A stretch of DNA of 64,000 nt from a virus (taxonomy: Duplodnaviria > Caudoviricetes): positions 15,814 through 79,813 of IMG/VR virus record IMGVR_UViG_2663763243_000008. One strand, 5' to 3'. The translations under genes were made by a program, and so were the position numbers. The notes beneath the pieces are model-generated. The model was not told the origin of the DNA, did no database searches, and worked only from the letters and a program-made list of their open reading frames with translations. Below are positions 37,148 through 47,679 of the stretch, piece after piece. Position 1 is the stretch's first letter; each line of letters starts with the position of its first letter.

Positions 37148-37680
37148 TGTCGATATCAACAAAGAGCAAGCTCAGCGCTACCGTTCTGGGTGTTGTGCTA
37201 GCTGGCGCACCGGCATCGATAATTCTTGATCACTACCTTGATGAGAGAGAGGGGAATCGCCTTTCAGCTTATCGGGATGGGCAAGGAAAGCCGACTATTT
37301 GCCGTGGTATTACTTATATCGACGGCAAACCAGTGCTGATGGGGATGAGACTTACCGCCGCTCAATGCGACAAGTTAAACCAGAAAGAATCAGCCGCTGC
37401 CATAGCCTGGGTTGAACGGAATGTTCACGTTCCACTGACAGAACCACAGAAAGCCGGTATAGCTTCATTCTGTCCTTACAACATTGGCCCTGCCAAATGC
37501 CTACCATCTACGTTTTATTACAAACTCAACGCTGGCGACCGTAAAGGCGCATGTGCTGAGATCAAGCGCTGGATCAGGAACGGCGGGAAAGATTGCCGCA
37601 TTCGCTCCAACAACTGTTACGGGCAGATAGAACGCCGTGCGCAAGAAAGCGAACTGACGTGCTGGGGGCTGGATGAATAA
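37147..37680 (+). CDS. SAR-type lysozyme endolysin (GH24)
   Basis: N-terminal SAR segment; EG-R--AYRDG--PTIC catalytic E/D/T. Confidence 0.92.
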   Translation: MSISTKSKLSATVLGVVLAGAPASIILDHYLDEREGNRLSAYRDGQGKPTICRGITYIDGKPVLMGMRLTAAQCDKLNQKESAAAIAWVERNVHVPLTEPQKAGIASFCPYNIGPAKCLPSTFYYKLNAGDRKGACAEIKRWIRNGGKDCRIRSNNCYGQIERRAQESELTCWGLDE

Positions 37681-38005
37681 GGCCATTGGATTAGTCATTG
37701 CTGTGCTGGTGGTTATTGCGTCGGCTCTGTTCTTTAACAGTTATCGCCTCTCAAATGATATCCAAAAAGCGGAAAAAGCGCTGAGTGATGAGCAAGCCAC
37801 AAACACAGCACTGGGCAACATCATCGATGCATACCAGGTGAATGAAGCCGCCAACCGAGCAGCCACAACCCGTCAGCTTGAGAACGAAAGGAAACTACGC
37901 AATGAAAGTGAATTACAGGTTGCACGGTTTAAAGCAGCAGCGGCGAGTGATGATTGTGCTATCAAGCCTATGCCTGGTGATGTCATTAACGTCATGCGTG
38001 AATAA
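37673..38005 (+). CDS. i-spanin (Rz-like)
   Basis: N-terminal TM, coiled coil, C-terminal Cys. Confidence 0.8.
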   Translation: MNKAIGLVIAVLVVIASALFFNSYRLSNDIQKAEKALSDEQATNTALGNIIDAYQVNEAANRAATTRQLENERKLRNESELQVARFKAAAASDDCAIKPMPGDVINVMRE

Positions 38006-38210
38006 TCCCGTTAAACCACCCATTACCGAACCAGCCCTATTATTACCCGCAGAGTCAGCGCTTACCCCTTGTGAGGTTCCAGAATTTACCGGTACTACAT
38101 GGGGAGATGGCGGGTTGTACGCGATGGAACTAAAGCGGGAACTACGAATCTGCAAAGGTCGGCTTGATGAGGTTATTGACTGGCGCCAGAACGTTGGGAG
38201 GAAAACATGA
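37950..38210 (+). CDS. o-spanin lipoprotein (Rz1-like)
   Basis: Lipobox LTSC, Pro-rich, overlaps Rz. Confidence 0.8.
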   Translation: MIVLSSLCLVMSLTSCVNNPVKPPITEPALLLPAESALTPCEVPEFTGTTWGDGGLYAMELKRELRICKGRLDEVIDWRQNVGRKT

Positions 38211-38275
38211 TTGCAAATTGGGAAGCACTGCCACAACGGCTCTCAGTAGATACCCAATAACAGACAATCTATGCA

Positions 38276-38596
38276 ATGATAAGGAACGATTTAAGCTCAA
38301 GGTTGCAAGGCATGGCAAAGTTCATAAGGGACTACAAAGGGGCGTTTAGACGCAATGGGTATATCGGACTCGGGATAAGAGAATGGATATTCTTCACGCT
38401 GAAAAGTGCGCTGCTTTTTTTGGTACTTATTCTTGCTTTCACCGCTCTACAGTACGCCGCTATTTTCGGGACTCCTTTGTTTGACTATTTAACGGCTCCC
38501 GGTATTCGCATTTCCAGTATCTGCGGGATCCTCGCATCACTGATAGTGAGCTTCGGACCAAGTGTGTTGTACAGCATTAGATACTGCGTCAGGTAA
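38276..38596 (+). CDS. Membrane moron (2 TM)
   Basis: Hydrophobic ORF between lysis and terminase, followed by a terminator. Confidence 0.6.
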   Translation: MIRNDLSSRLQGMAKFIRDYKGAFRRNGYIGLGIREWIFFTLKSALLFLVLILAFTALQYAAIFGTPLFDYLTAPGIRISSICGILASLIVSFGPSVLYSIRYCVR

Positions 38597-38708
38597 TCAT
38601 CACAAGCCGCCTCCGAGCGGTTTTTTATTGGATGCTATTTATAAAACTCTGCCAAGCTTCACCATAATGGCGCTTCACAAAGATTTATAACGACAAAAGG
38701 AATAGCGA

Positions 38709-39311
38709 ATGACCAAACCAGATTGGGAGGCCATCGAATCGGCGTACCGAGCTGGCTTGATGTCTATCCGAGAAATAGCATCACAACACGGCATCACTCA
38801 CGGCGCTATTAACAAGCGAGCAAAGCGTGACGGCTGGGAGCGTGACCTCAAGGCGAAGATAAAAGCCAAGGCAGATGCGCTGGTATCCAAACGCGAGGTA
38901 TCCAGCAAGGTATCCACTGAAACGGCTACCAACGAGCGGATACTGATTGAGGCTAACGCAGAAGTCATTGCCAACGTTCGCATGGAGCATCGTGGCGATA
39001 TTCGTCGTGCTAGGGCAATCACCAACGCTCTATTTGATGAGCTTGGAGCTGAGTGTGCTGATGTCGCTACTCTGGAAAAGCTCGGTGAGTTAATGTTCAA
39101 CCCAGACGATAAGGGACAGGATCGCCTGAATGAGATTTATCATAAGGTCATCAGCATGCCGGATCGGGTTAAGTCGGTTAAGGCGCTTAGCGATGCATTG
39201 AAGAACCTCATCGGACTTGAGCGTCAGGCATACGACATCGACGGGCCGGAAGGCGACAACTCTGTTAAGAAACTTTCTGACCTGATGGATTCATTGTCTC
39301 AGGGGGCATAA
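38709..39311 (+). CDS. Terminase small subunit
   Basis: PDWEAIESAYRAG..SIREIA..HG...INKRAKRDGWER. Confidence 0.88.
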   Translation: MTKPDWEAIESAYRAGLMSIREIASQHGITHGAINKRAKRDGWERDLKAKIKAKADALVSKREVSSKVSTETATNERILIEANAEVIANVRMEHRGDIRRARAITNALFDELGAECADVATLEKLGELMFNPDDKGQDRLNEIYHKVISMPDRVKSVKALSDALKNLIGLERQAYDIDGPEGDNSVKKLSDLMDSLSQGA

Positions 39312-40783
39312 TGAGACCTGAGCACCTCAAGCTGCTGGCAGATAAAGACTGGCGGCTGAATAATCTTTACTGGATCACCGACAAAGAAGGTAAGCCGATA
39401 CGCTTCAGGATGACGCCTGAGCAGCGCGAATACTTCGAAGGTATCCATACTCGTAATATCATTCTTAAAGCTCGTCAGCTTGGCTTCACGACTGAGGTTT
39501 GCATTATTCAGTTAGATGCCGCGCTGTTCGAATCGGCCAAATGTGCCCTGATTGCCCACACACTGAATGACGCCAGGCGTCTGTTTCGCGAAAAGGTGAA
39601 ATACGCCTACGACAAGTTGCCCGATGAAATCAAAGCAGCCAATCCGGCAAGTAATGATTCCGCTGGCGAGTTGGTATTTAACAAAGGCGGCTCACTCTAC
39701 GTCAGCACCTCATTTCGTGGCGGCACGCTGCGTTACCTGCATGTTTCAGAGTTCGGTAAGATATGCGCCAAGTATCCTGACAAAGCGCGTGAGATTGTCA
39801 CTGGCGCATTGGAAGCGGTATCAACTGACTGCTTTACCACTATCGAAAGTACAGCGGAAGGTCGCGCTGGTTACTTCTTCGACTATTGCCAAACAGCAGA
39901 AAAAGCACAGCTTCAGGGAAAGAAACTTTCTAACCTCGATTGGAAGTTCTTCTTCTTCACCTGGTGGCGAAACCCGCAGTACGCAATTGACCCGGTTGAG
40001 GCTTTACCTCAGCGCCTGGTTGATTACTTTGCAGAGATGGAAGCCAAGCACGGCGTTCATCTAAACGAGCGCCAGAAAGCCTGGTATTACGCCAAAGAGA
40101 AGACTCTCGGCGATGACATGAAGCGGGAATACCCAACTATCCCGTCTGAGGCATTCCAGCAATCAGTGGAAGGCGCGTATTACGCCAAACAGTTCCGCTG
40201 GCTCTACACCAACAAACGTATCGACTCAATTCCTGATAACGCACACCTTCCCGTTCACACGTTCTGGGATATCGGCGTGGGTGACTCTACTGCTATCTGG
40301 TTCGTGCGAGAGGTTGGTGAAGAGTTCCACGTCATCGACTACTACGAAAACTCCGGTGAAGGTCTGCGGCACTACATGAAAGTGCTGAAAGACCGAGGAT
40401 ATGAGTATGGTGACCACTGGGGGCCACACGACATTGAGAACCGTGAATTCGGCTCTGATGCCAAATCCCGTAAAGAGCTGGCTCGCGAAGGCTACGAAAT
40501 CGACGGTCAGGTTTACTCCATGACATTCAAAGTGGTTCCGAAAACCGGCGTTGATACCGGCATTGAGTCAGTGCGTGAAATCCTCCCTAAATGTGTCTTT
40601 GACGATGAGAAGTGCGCAGAAGGCATCACTCATTTGGAAGGTTACAGGAAGGAATGGGATGACAAGTGCGGCTGCTGGAAAGACAAGCCATTACATGACC
40701 ACACATCTCACGGCTCTGATGCGTTCCGCTACTTTGCCGTAGCCAAGAACAACCACAAGCAAGTCGGCGCTGTATTCTTCTAA
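39311..40783 (+). CDS. Terminase large subunit
   Basis: ILKARQLGFTT, LHVSEFG, WDIGVGD, SHGSDAFRY. Confidence 0.93.
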   Translation: MRPEHLKLLADKDWRLNNLYWITDKEGKPIRFRMTPEQREYFEGIHTRNIILKARQLGFTTEVCIIQLDAALFESAKCALIAHTLNDARRLFREKVKYAYDKLPDEIKAANPASNDSAGELVFNKGGSLYVSTSFRGGTLRYLHVSEFGKICAKYPDKAREIVTGALEAVSTDCFTTIESTAEGRAGYFFDYCQTAEKAQLQGKKLSNLDWKFFFFTWWRNPQYAIDPVEALPQRLVDYFAEMEAKHGVHLNERQKAWYYAKEKTLGDDMKREYPTIPSEAFQQSVEGAYYAKQFRWLYTNKRIDSIPDNAHLPVHTFWDIGVGDSTAIWFVREVGEEFHVIDYYENSGEGLRHYMKVLKDRGYEYGDHWGPHDIENREFGSDAKSRKELAREGYEIDGQVYSMTFKVVPKTGVDTGIESVREILPKCVFDDEKCAEGITHLEGYRKEWDDKCGCWKDKPLHDHTSHGSDAFRYFAVAKNNHKQVGAVFF

Positions 40784-40793
40784 GGAGCAATCA

Positions 40794-42251
40794 GTGAGTG
40801 ATACCAATAACGAGGTTCAGTTCCTCGTGAATGCCCTCGCTGACCAAGTCGCGGTGGGTCGCCAGCGTGCTTTATACGCCGGTCAGTTTAACGGGAACAC
40901 CAAGCGCACAACATTATGGGATGAATTTGGATACCCGGACACTGTAAGTTTCGCAACTTTCTATAGGACTTACCGCAGAAACTCAGCTGCATATGCCGGT
41001 GTACACGTAACGCTGGATTCCTGCTGGGTTGATAAGCCAATCATCATTGATGGCCCTCTCGCTGATAAGAAGAAAAAAGAAACGCCTTGGGAAAAGACGG
41101 TAACCAAGCTTCTTAAAAAGTATTGGGAAAAAATCAAGGATGCAGACCGCCGTAACATGGTCGGGCATTACTCGGCGATCATTCTGCAAATAAAAGACAA
41201 TCGTGACTGGTCAGAGCCTGTAGATAAGGCGCTGGTTGCAAAGCTAGGCGAGGCCGCTTTAGTTAAGCTGATCCCCGCATGGGAATCACAGATTAAGCCT
41301 GGCAGTTATGACATCGACACGCGGTCAGATACTTACAGTCAGCCAGTTAACTACACGTTCAATGAGCAGCCCATCGGTGATGACGGAACATACGGCAATG
41401 TTAGAAGTATCACAGTGCACCCAGACCGGGTGATAATTCTCGCCGAGGGCTCTGAAGACGACAACATGCTTTCCGGTGAACCTCTCAATGAGGCCGGATA
41501 TAATGATCTGCTGGATATTGAGAAAACCAAAGGCGGCAGCGCAGAGGGGTTCCTGAAAAACGCCAGTCGTCAGCTTGGAATTGAGTTCGATAAAGAAACT
41601 GACATGGCGACACTGAAGAAGGCAGCCACCGATGCCGGTTTCAAAGACCTCGGCGATGCACTGAACGATAAGATTGTGAGGATGAATAGGGGGACTGATT
41701 CCGCTCTGGTTATGCAGGCCGGTCAGGCTTCAGTTCTATCGGTGGCCGCTGCTGACCCAACGCCATCATGGACTGTATCTGCCAACAGCTACGCTGCAAC
41801 TATCCGTTGCCCATTCAACATTCTTTTCGGCAAGCAAACGGGGAACCTTGCTTCAACGGAGGACAAGAAGGCGTGGGCGGCTCGATGCAATTCCCGAAGA
41901 AGCAGTTGGCTGTCTTACATCATCACTACCGTCGTTCAGAGGTGGAGTGATCTTGGTGTAATTCCTCAGCCTAAGGCGGGAGAAATTACCGTCGATTGGT
42001 CGGATTTACTCGCCCCGGGCGACAGTGAGAAGCTCGACAACATGGGCAAGCTTGCAGATATCGCGCAGAAAACTCAGCAGGCATACGGAACGCCAGCGGT
42101 AGAGATTAACGAAATCCGCGCTGCTGGTGAACTTGAGACAATCAAAGAGCCAAAAGAACCAGACCCTAACGCAAAACTAACCGATAAGGATCCGCTGAAT
42201 GGAGATGGCGACAGCGACCAGAATCGGGACACCGATAGTACCGCGCAATAA
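40794..42251 (+). CDS. Portal protein (DUF1073-like)
   Basis: Follows TerL; VHPDRVII, GGSAEGFLKNA, LASTED. Confidence 0.85.
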   Translation: MSDTNNEVQFLVNALADQVAVGRQRALYAGQFNGNTKRTTLWDEFGYPDTVSFATFYRTYRRNSAAYAGVHVTLDSCWVDKPIIIDGPLADKKKKETPWEKTVTKLLKKYWEKIKDADRRNMVGHYSAIILQIKDNRDWSEPVDKALVAKLGEAALVKLIPAWESQIKPGSYDIDTRSDTYSQPVNYTFNEQPIGDDGTYGNVRSITVHPDRVIILAEGSEDDNMLSGEPLNEAGYNDLLDIEKTKGGSAEGFLKNASRQLGIEFDKETDMATLKKAATDAGFKDLGDALNDKIVRMNRGTDSALVMQAGQASVLSVAAADPTPSWTVSANSYAATIRCPFNILFGKQTGNLASTEDKKAWAARCNSRRSSWLSYIITTVVQRWSDLGVIPQPKAGEITVDWSDLLAPGDSEKLDNMGKLADIAQKTQQAYGTPAVEINEIRAAGELETIKEPKEPDPNAKLTDKDPLNGDGDSDQNRDTDSTAQ

Positions 42252-43170
42252 AGCCGACCCTACTCAGTCTTACCGCGCCGTTAACAAGATGTATCGGGAT
42301 ATCGAGGAGCGTTACTTAGGCATTAAAACCGCCTTGAAGCGGCTATTTGATGAGCGACTGACTGGCAGGGTGAGAGAAGGTAACACCCAGACTTCATTCG
42401 CAGTGCATGGCGACACCATCTATCAGGTAAATGCGTCAGCGTACATCTATGACATGACAGCGCAGCAACTCGCCGACCTGCTGGAGCGTGTGCAGACGAT
42501 TCTGGACGACTATCTGCTCGAAGGCATAGGTCAGGACATTTGGGCGCTCTCATACGTTTCTGATGAGTACCAGCGAGGCACGTTAAACGCATTCACCAAT
42601 TTATCAGTGCAGTCGCAGGTTTACGCACAACAAACTACGTTGTCCGCGCTGCTATCGACTCCTGCTTACCAGAATCAGATCGCCGCCGCTTTCATATCGA
42701 CTTACAGCGACTGGAAGGGCGTCTCTGACGCTGCAAGGGCTGATCTAGCCAATATCATATCTGACTCAATCGGTCGTGGCGTAAATCCACGCGAGACTGC
42801 GGGGATCATCAGTAAGCGACTTAATGTCTCGATGAGTAGCGCCAAGCGGATAGCCCAGACTGAACAGGTGGGCGCATTGCGTCAGGCTCAATGGGCGGAA
42901 ACAGAGTGGGCTAAAGAGCGATTAGCTCTGAACACAGCACTTCTGCATCTATCAGCGCTGAAGGCAACCACAAGAACATCTCATGCTTTCTGGCATGGCA
43001 AGACGCGCACTGTTGAAGAGGTGCGAGAATGGTATAGCCGCGATGGCAACCGTTATCACTGCTACTGCAGCCAGATTCCGGTGATTCTGGATATTGATGG
43101 CATGATCGTTAATTCTGGAATCGTTGAAAGGCTGAGTAAAGAGCGCAAGGAGTGGCAACAGTCCGCTTAA
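42199..43170 (+). CDS. Head morphogenesis protein (SPP1 gp7/Mu gpF-like)
   Basis: AKRIAQTE, TRTSHA, HCYCS. Confidence 0.85.
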   Translation: MEMATATRIGTPIVPRNKADPTQSYRAVNKMYRDIEERYLGIKTALKRLFDERLTGRVREGNTQTSFAVHGDTIYQVNASAYIYDMTAQQLADLLERVQTILDDYLLEGIGQDIWALSYVSDEYQRGTLNAFTNLSVQSQVYAQQTTLSALLSTPAYQNQIAAAFISTYSDWKGVSDAARADLANIISDSIGRGVNPRETAGIISKRLNVSMSSAKRIAQTEQVGALRQAQWAETEWAKERLALNTALLHLSALKATTRTSHAFWHGKTRTVEEVREWYSRDGNRYHCYCSQIPVILDIDGMIVNSGIVERLSKERKEWQQSA

Positions 43171-43181
43171 GAGGTAGCCCA

Positions 43182-43277
43182 ATGCAATTTGATTTTCTAC
43201 CTGTTTTCGCAGTTGGTTTTTCCTTGGGGCAACTATTTTGCCTTATTTGGATGTACCTGTTGATCCTGAGAAAATAA
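43182..43277 (+). CDS. 31-aa hydrophobic micro-protein (not in ORF track)
   Basis: MQFDFLPVFAVGFSLGQLFCLIWMYLLILRK, GAGG RBS, terminator after. Confidence 0.5.
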   Translation: MQFDFLPVFAVGFSLGQLFCLIWMYLLILRK

Positions 43278-43339
43278 TGAACCCGAGGTCGCTAAGGCGG
43301 CCTTTTTTATTGCCTGAAATCCACCAAAGAGGACACAGC

Positions 43340-44737
43340 ATGTCACGCATCTGCGTAAACGTGCTGTCGGTCATCAACTCCGCTTCAAACATCACTTCTG
43401 AAACCATTGATGGCGTTGAGCACATCGTTGTGAAGGACGTCTGTCCTGTCATCGACGATATCGTGCTCAATGGCGGACTGTACCCGGCAGACGAGATTTC
43501 CAAAGGCTTCAAAAGCCTTGAAGGTAAGCCCATGCCGTATGGGCATCCGAAGATTGAAGGCCAGTACGTCAGCGCAAGTAATGTGCGGGCCGTGAACGAA
43601 TATCACATTGGGGCATTCGCCCGTAACGTTCGTAAAGACGGCGATCGTGTACTGATGGATATGTGTGTTAACCGCCGTTATGCCGAAGCGACGGATAAGG
43701 GCAAAGAGGTCGTTAATAGACTGGATGATATGAAGGGGGGGAAAGAGGTTGAGCCGATCGGCGTTTCAACTGGCCTCGGGCTAAATCGAGCGGAAGGGAA
43801 AGGAGTTTCCAAGGGTAAAAAATATAACTGGGTTGCCCGCAACCAAGATTACGACCACTGCGCCATCCTGTTGCACGAGACGCCAGCCGGAACGACGCAA
43901 GAAGGTGTAGGGATCTTTGTTAATGCCCAGGGTGACCAGCTTCAAATAGAAACCGTGAACCTCGCAGATGCGTCCAATTGCACAGAAGAGGGGTTGCTGA
44001 ATAAAGCCAAGTTCTTCTTCACTAATGCTTCTAATTACTCCTTTGATGACATCCAGCGAGCACTCAGCCAAAAGCTGCGTGAGGGTAAGTCTGATGACTT
44101 TTACTCATGGCCTGATTCCGTATGGCCGGACAAGTTCATCTACAACGATAAAGGCAAAACATATCAACAGAAGTACCTCATCGACGATGACGGCACAGCT
44201 GAATTCGTCGGCGAACCTGTAGAAGTCGTGCGCAAACCCACTGAGTACGAAATTAAAACCAACGGAGCTGAAAACCCGATGAAAGACATGATTGTTAACG
44301 CACTGAAAGCAAAAGGTAAGCCGACCGAAGGCAAGACCGAAGCTGAATTGCTTGATGCATACAACCAAATGAATGCAGAAGAAGCAAAGATCAAAACTGA
44401 AACGCCGGAAGAGAAGGCTGTTCGCGAAAAGAAAGAGGCTGATGATAAGACCACCAAAGATAAAGCCACCAACAGTGAAGAGATACCGTTATGGGCTAAA
44501 GCACTCGCCGATCGTGTTGATTCAGTGGTGAATAGCTTGAGCGTTAACTCCGACAAGGAGAAGACTGAAAAGCGATCAGCAGTTAAAGCTAAGTTTGGCC
44601 TTGAAGATATCGCAGTAAACGCTTTAGACGGCGCTGCTCTCGATGGGCTATTCGCCCAATGCGCAACCTCAACCGGTCTGAATGGCTCTTTCCGCCAGGC
44701 CAATTCCTCTCAATCAGTTAGCGAAATGCCGGAGTAA
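43340..44737 (+). CDS. Prohead protease/scaffold (DUF2213-like)
   Basis: MPYGHP, VSTGL, DHCAILLHETPAG; start MSRIC. Confidence 0.8.
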   Translation: MSRICVNVLSVINSASNITSETIDGVEHIVVKDVCPVIDDIVLNGGLYPADEISKGFKSLEGKPMPYGHPKIEGQYVSASNVRAVNEYHIGAFARNVRKDGDRVLMDMCVNRRYAEATDKGKEVVNRLDDMKGGKEVEPIGVSTGLGLNRAEGKGVSKGKKYNWVARNQDYDHCAILLHETPAGTTQEGVGIFVNAQGDQLQIETVNLADASNCTEEGLLNKAKFFFTNASNYSFDDIQRALSQKLREGKSDDFYSWPDSVWPDKFIYNDKGKTYQQKYLIDDDGTAEFVGEPVEVVRKPTEYEIKTNGAENPMKDMIVNALKAKGKPTEGKTEAELLDAYNQMNAEEAKIKTETPEEKAVREKKEADDKTTKDKATNSEEIPLWAKALADRVDSVVNSLSVNSDKEKTEKRSAVKAKFGLEDIAVNALDGAALDGLFAQCATSTGLNGSFRQANSSQSVSEMPE

Positions 44738-44740
44738 ACA

Positions 44741-45181
44741 ATGGCTAAAGATGGAAAGCACGTAATCCACGCGGGTGGCATCTTCGCAAATCCGCAGTTG
44801 CATCGTGAAGGTGCGGCAGCAGCGGCAACCCAACCGGGAACAGTTGGTTTCTTCGATAACACTACGAAGAAATTCACCGCCTCAGTTGATGGCAACGAAG
44901 ACGCAATTCTTTATGTCGCAAACTACGACTACCTGCGCTGCAAAACGGTGGATGACACCATTGCGGCGGGTGATTGGGTAGTAGCGATGCATCCAACCCC
45001 TGGCGTTTTCTTCAACGTTCCGGCAGCACCCGGCACATACACCAAAGGCCAGCCTCTCTCTATCGTCAATGGACGAGTTAAGGCGAAAGCAACCGGCGAA
45101 TCTACTCGTGCTTATGTAGAAGAAGACCGTTCATACACCATTGCGACAGCAGGCCAGCTCCTGCGCGTTGTCATTAAGTAA
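44741..45181 (+). CDS. Head decoration protein
   Basis: Position before the capsid gene, 146 aa. Confidence 0.7.
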   Translation: MAKDGKHVIHAGGIFANPQLHREGAAAAATQPGTVGFFDNTTKKFTASVDGNEDAILYVANYDYLRCKTVDDTIAAGDWVVAMHPTPGVFFNVPAAPGTYTKGQPLSIVNGRVKAKATGESTRAYVEEDRSYTIATAGQLLRVVIK

Positions 45182-45191
45182 GGAGCCGCGA

Positions 45192-46268
45192 ATGTTTGTA
45201 TTTTCCACGAAGAAAGCCACTGAGACTGGCAATCTTGAAGTTAACTCGTCTCAGTTCAGGAAGTTGACTTCAGCACGTAATGCCAGTGCCCAGGCCGCAG
45301 CTGACTTTATTGCCCGCACAAAATGGCGTGGCGATGCCGAAGATGCTCCTGAGCTGACAGCAGTGAATGCCGTTGATGATATTCGCCGACTTTACAAAGC
45401 ATACGATCAGACTGTTTTGTCTGAGTTTGAGCCAAACACGGAATTCACTTTGTTGAATGACCTGATGCCGCTGTCTCGCTCAGTTCGTCTGGAGGAATCA
45501 GTGTATGAGTATGCTCGTACTGGCGGGCGTGGTTGGGCACACACGTCGATGTCTGGACAGATTGGTGCGGCGCTAGATGCGAAGTCCTACACCTTCGATG
45601 GCACGATGGTTCCTATCCATGACAGCGGTTTTAAGTTCAATTGGCGTGATCCGGTATTCAACAAAGGCTCGGCCCTGGCTTCTTTGTCTGATGCTCAGGC
45701 TGGCTCTATCAAAGACGTTCGTCGCCAGTATGTGGATTACATCTGGGAAGGCTTCCGCGACGCGGCAGGCAACTACATCAATTTCGATGGTAAGACTTGG
45801 AAAGGTTTACGCCACGACGAACGTGTCGCCCAAGTTACGCTGACTGTTAACTTTGCGACCAGCACGGATGTTAAAGCCATGCGGGGCGGTGCAATTGCCT
45901 TGCGTGATGTACTGAAGCTGCAAAACTTCCAGTACGGACAACAGACCTGGTATGTATCGAGCGAAATCATCTCTAACTGGGAACAGTATTTTGATGTGAA
46001 TTCGACCCGTACAGTGCTGGAAGAAATCATGAAGTTATCTGGTATCTCAGCCATCAAAGAAGATGTTGAACTGACTGGCAACGAAATCGTGATTGTTCCT
46101 CTGCAAGCCGGTGTCATCGCTCCCATCGTTGGGCAGGCATTCGGTACAGTTGCCGATCCTCGCCAGTTCTACAACTCGGACTACGTGTGGCGCTCATGGG
46201 GTGCTGCTGGCCTGATGGTTAAGCAGGACATTAACGGTCACTTCTCTGTCATCCACGCATCCAGCTAA
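45192..46268 (+). CDS. Major capsid protein
   Basis: Size and position; start MFVFS with AGGAG RBS. Confidence 0.8.
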   Translation: MFVFSTKKATETGNLEVNSSQFRKLTSARNASAQAAADFIARTKWRGDAEDAPELTAVNAVDDIRRLYKAYDQTVLSEFEPNTEFTLLNDLMPLSRSVRLEESVYEYARTGGRGWAHTSMSGQIGAALDAKSYTFDGTMVPIHDSGFKFNWRDPVFNKGSALASLSDAQAGSIKDVRRQYVDYIWEGFRDAAGNYINFDGKTWKGLRHDERVAQVTLTVNFATSTDVKAMRGGAIALRDVLKLQNFQYGQQTWYVSSEIISNWEQYFDVNSTRTVLEEIMKLSGISAIKEDVELTGNEIVIVPLQAGVIAPIVGQAFGTVADPRQFYNSDYVWRSWGAAGLMVKQDINGHFSVIHASS

Positions 46269-46277
46269 GGAAAAATC

Positions 46278-46643
46278 ATGGCACTTGTAAAAGTTTTAGT
46301 AGCAAACCTTTTCGCCGGTGCCAGCTTCCAGAAATTGGAGGTTGGCCAGTCTTACGAAGTTGATGATGCGATTGCCGGGAAGTGGATTGAAAGTGGCAAG
46401 GCTGAGAAGTCTACAGAGAAGAAAGGCGAGAAGCTGGTATTTGAAGTGGCTACGCCGTCCGTGTCAGTTAGCAATGGAAGCGTGCTGCAAGTCCAGCTTG
46501 ATGAGGCATTGGGCCGAATCGATGAACTCACCACGGCATCCGAAGACGCAGAAGCAGCACACGCTGAGGCTATCGCTCAGGTAACCAAGCGAGCAGAAGA
46601 CGCAGAAGCAGCTTTAGCTGCGGCAACGAAAAAGGATAAGTAA
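46278..46643 (+). CDS. Virion-associated hypothetical protein
   Basis: Follows capsid; coiled-coil C-terminus. Confidence 0.65.
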   Translation: MALVKVLVANLFAGASFQKLEVGQSYEVDDAIAGKWIESGKAEKSTEKKGEKLVFEVATPSVSVSNGSVLQVQLDEALGRIDELTTASEDAEAAHAEAIAQVTKRAEDAEAALAAATKKDK

Positions 46644-46645
46644 GT

Positions 46646-47017
46646 ATGGCGCAGATAACAGCCGCGCAGGTTAAACAGCAGTTGTCTGCGCTTGGTTACA
46701 CCATTCCTGATTTCATGATTGATGCCTACCTTTGCAAACTGGAAAGCATAAGTCAGTGCCTGGAGGCGGCTGGCTACGACGAATGTGATTTGATGCTGAT
46801 TCAGATGTATGCCGTCACCCTCATGGCGGTTACTGCTTTCAATCAGCGCATTAAGTCTCAGTCAGCGCCTTCAGGGGCGGGGCGGTCATTCGATTATGGT
46901 GGTGATATCAAGACAATGCGAAATAGCTTGGTGGCGCTAGATACGGCTGGTTGCACAGGTTCGCTACCGATTGATGTGGGCGTATCGGTTGGTTTTTTTG
47001 ATGTGGTGGGAGGCTGA
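46646..47017 (+). CDS. Head-tail adaptor
   Basis: RIKSQSAPSGAGRSF, LDTAGC; synteny. Confidence 0.7.
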   Translation: MAQITAAQVKQQLSALGYTIPDFMIDAYLCKLESISQCLEAAGYDECDLMLIQMYAVTLMAVTAFNQRIKSQSAPSGAGRSFDYGGDIKTMRNSLVALDTAGCTGSLPIDVGVSVGFFDVVGG

Positions 47018-47331
47018 TGATGATTGAAGCAAAAAAACTCGCTGACTTGATGAATATGATGTTCAAGTCTGACCCAGTAGCTGTTGAGTCCATTATTTCC
47101 AGCCGAGTCATTGTTAATGAAGTCATGGCATCATCAGACTGTCCGATTATGTTAGGTCGGGGCTCTCAAGGAGTTTTAACAGTGGGCACAGTCGGGATAC
47201 TTAATGGATTGGCAGCGCCTGGCACTGGATATCTTGCTGCAATTTATGGTGATGACAAACAGCTGTCAGGATTCACAGTCGTTGGCTGTAAAGAATGTGA
47301 ACCATACCAGTATGAGCGGTACCACTTATGA
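47017..47331 (+). CDS. Hypothetical protein inserted in the neck module
   Basis: Coupled ORF. Confidence 0.6.
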   Translation: MMIEAKKLADLMNMMFKSDPVAVESIISSRVIVNEVMASSDCPIMLGRGSQGVLTVGTVGILNGLAAPGTGYLAAIYGDDKQLSGFTVVGCKECEPYQYERYHL

Positions 47332-47678
47332 GCAGCGCCGCAAGCTGGAGTTATACGGCAACCGCTACTTTATGGAAGAAGAACGGGAAGCCAGATGATT
47401 ATGGTAAGCAGGCTTGGCTACCTCCTATTCAGCTCATGTGTGATTACGGCGGTGATGCTACGGCGAAGTTGGGTGGACTCGGTTTAGAGTTCGTTATCAA
47501 AAACACGCACTGGACTGAGTATGCCGAAGCTGAGCGGGGCGACTATATCCTGATTGGCGATTCGGTAGCGACTGACCCGACCAAGGTGGATGGCGCGGAC
47601 GAAGTAAGGCATATCATTCGTTACGCTGACACATTCGAGCGCATTGCGGACGACTTCGCAATTATCACGGGAGTCTGA
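47328..47678 (+). CDS. Head closure protein
   Basis: Synteny; WSYTATATLW...DDYG. Confidence 0.7.
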   Translation: MSSAASWSYTATATLWKKNGKPDDYGKQAWLPPIQLMCDYGGDATAKLGGLGLEFVIKNTHWTEYAEAERGDYILIGDSVATDPTKVDGADEVRHIIRYADTFERIADDFAIITGV

Positions 47679-47679
47679 C

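Noticed and set aside
44329-44338. AGGCAAGACC match in the prohead protease gene
   Set aside because: Mid-CDS and not at an RBS; may be chance
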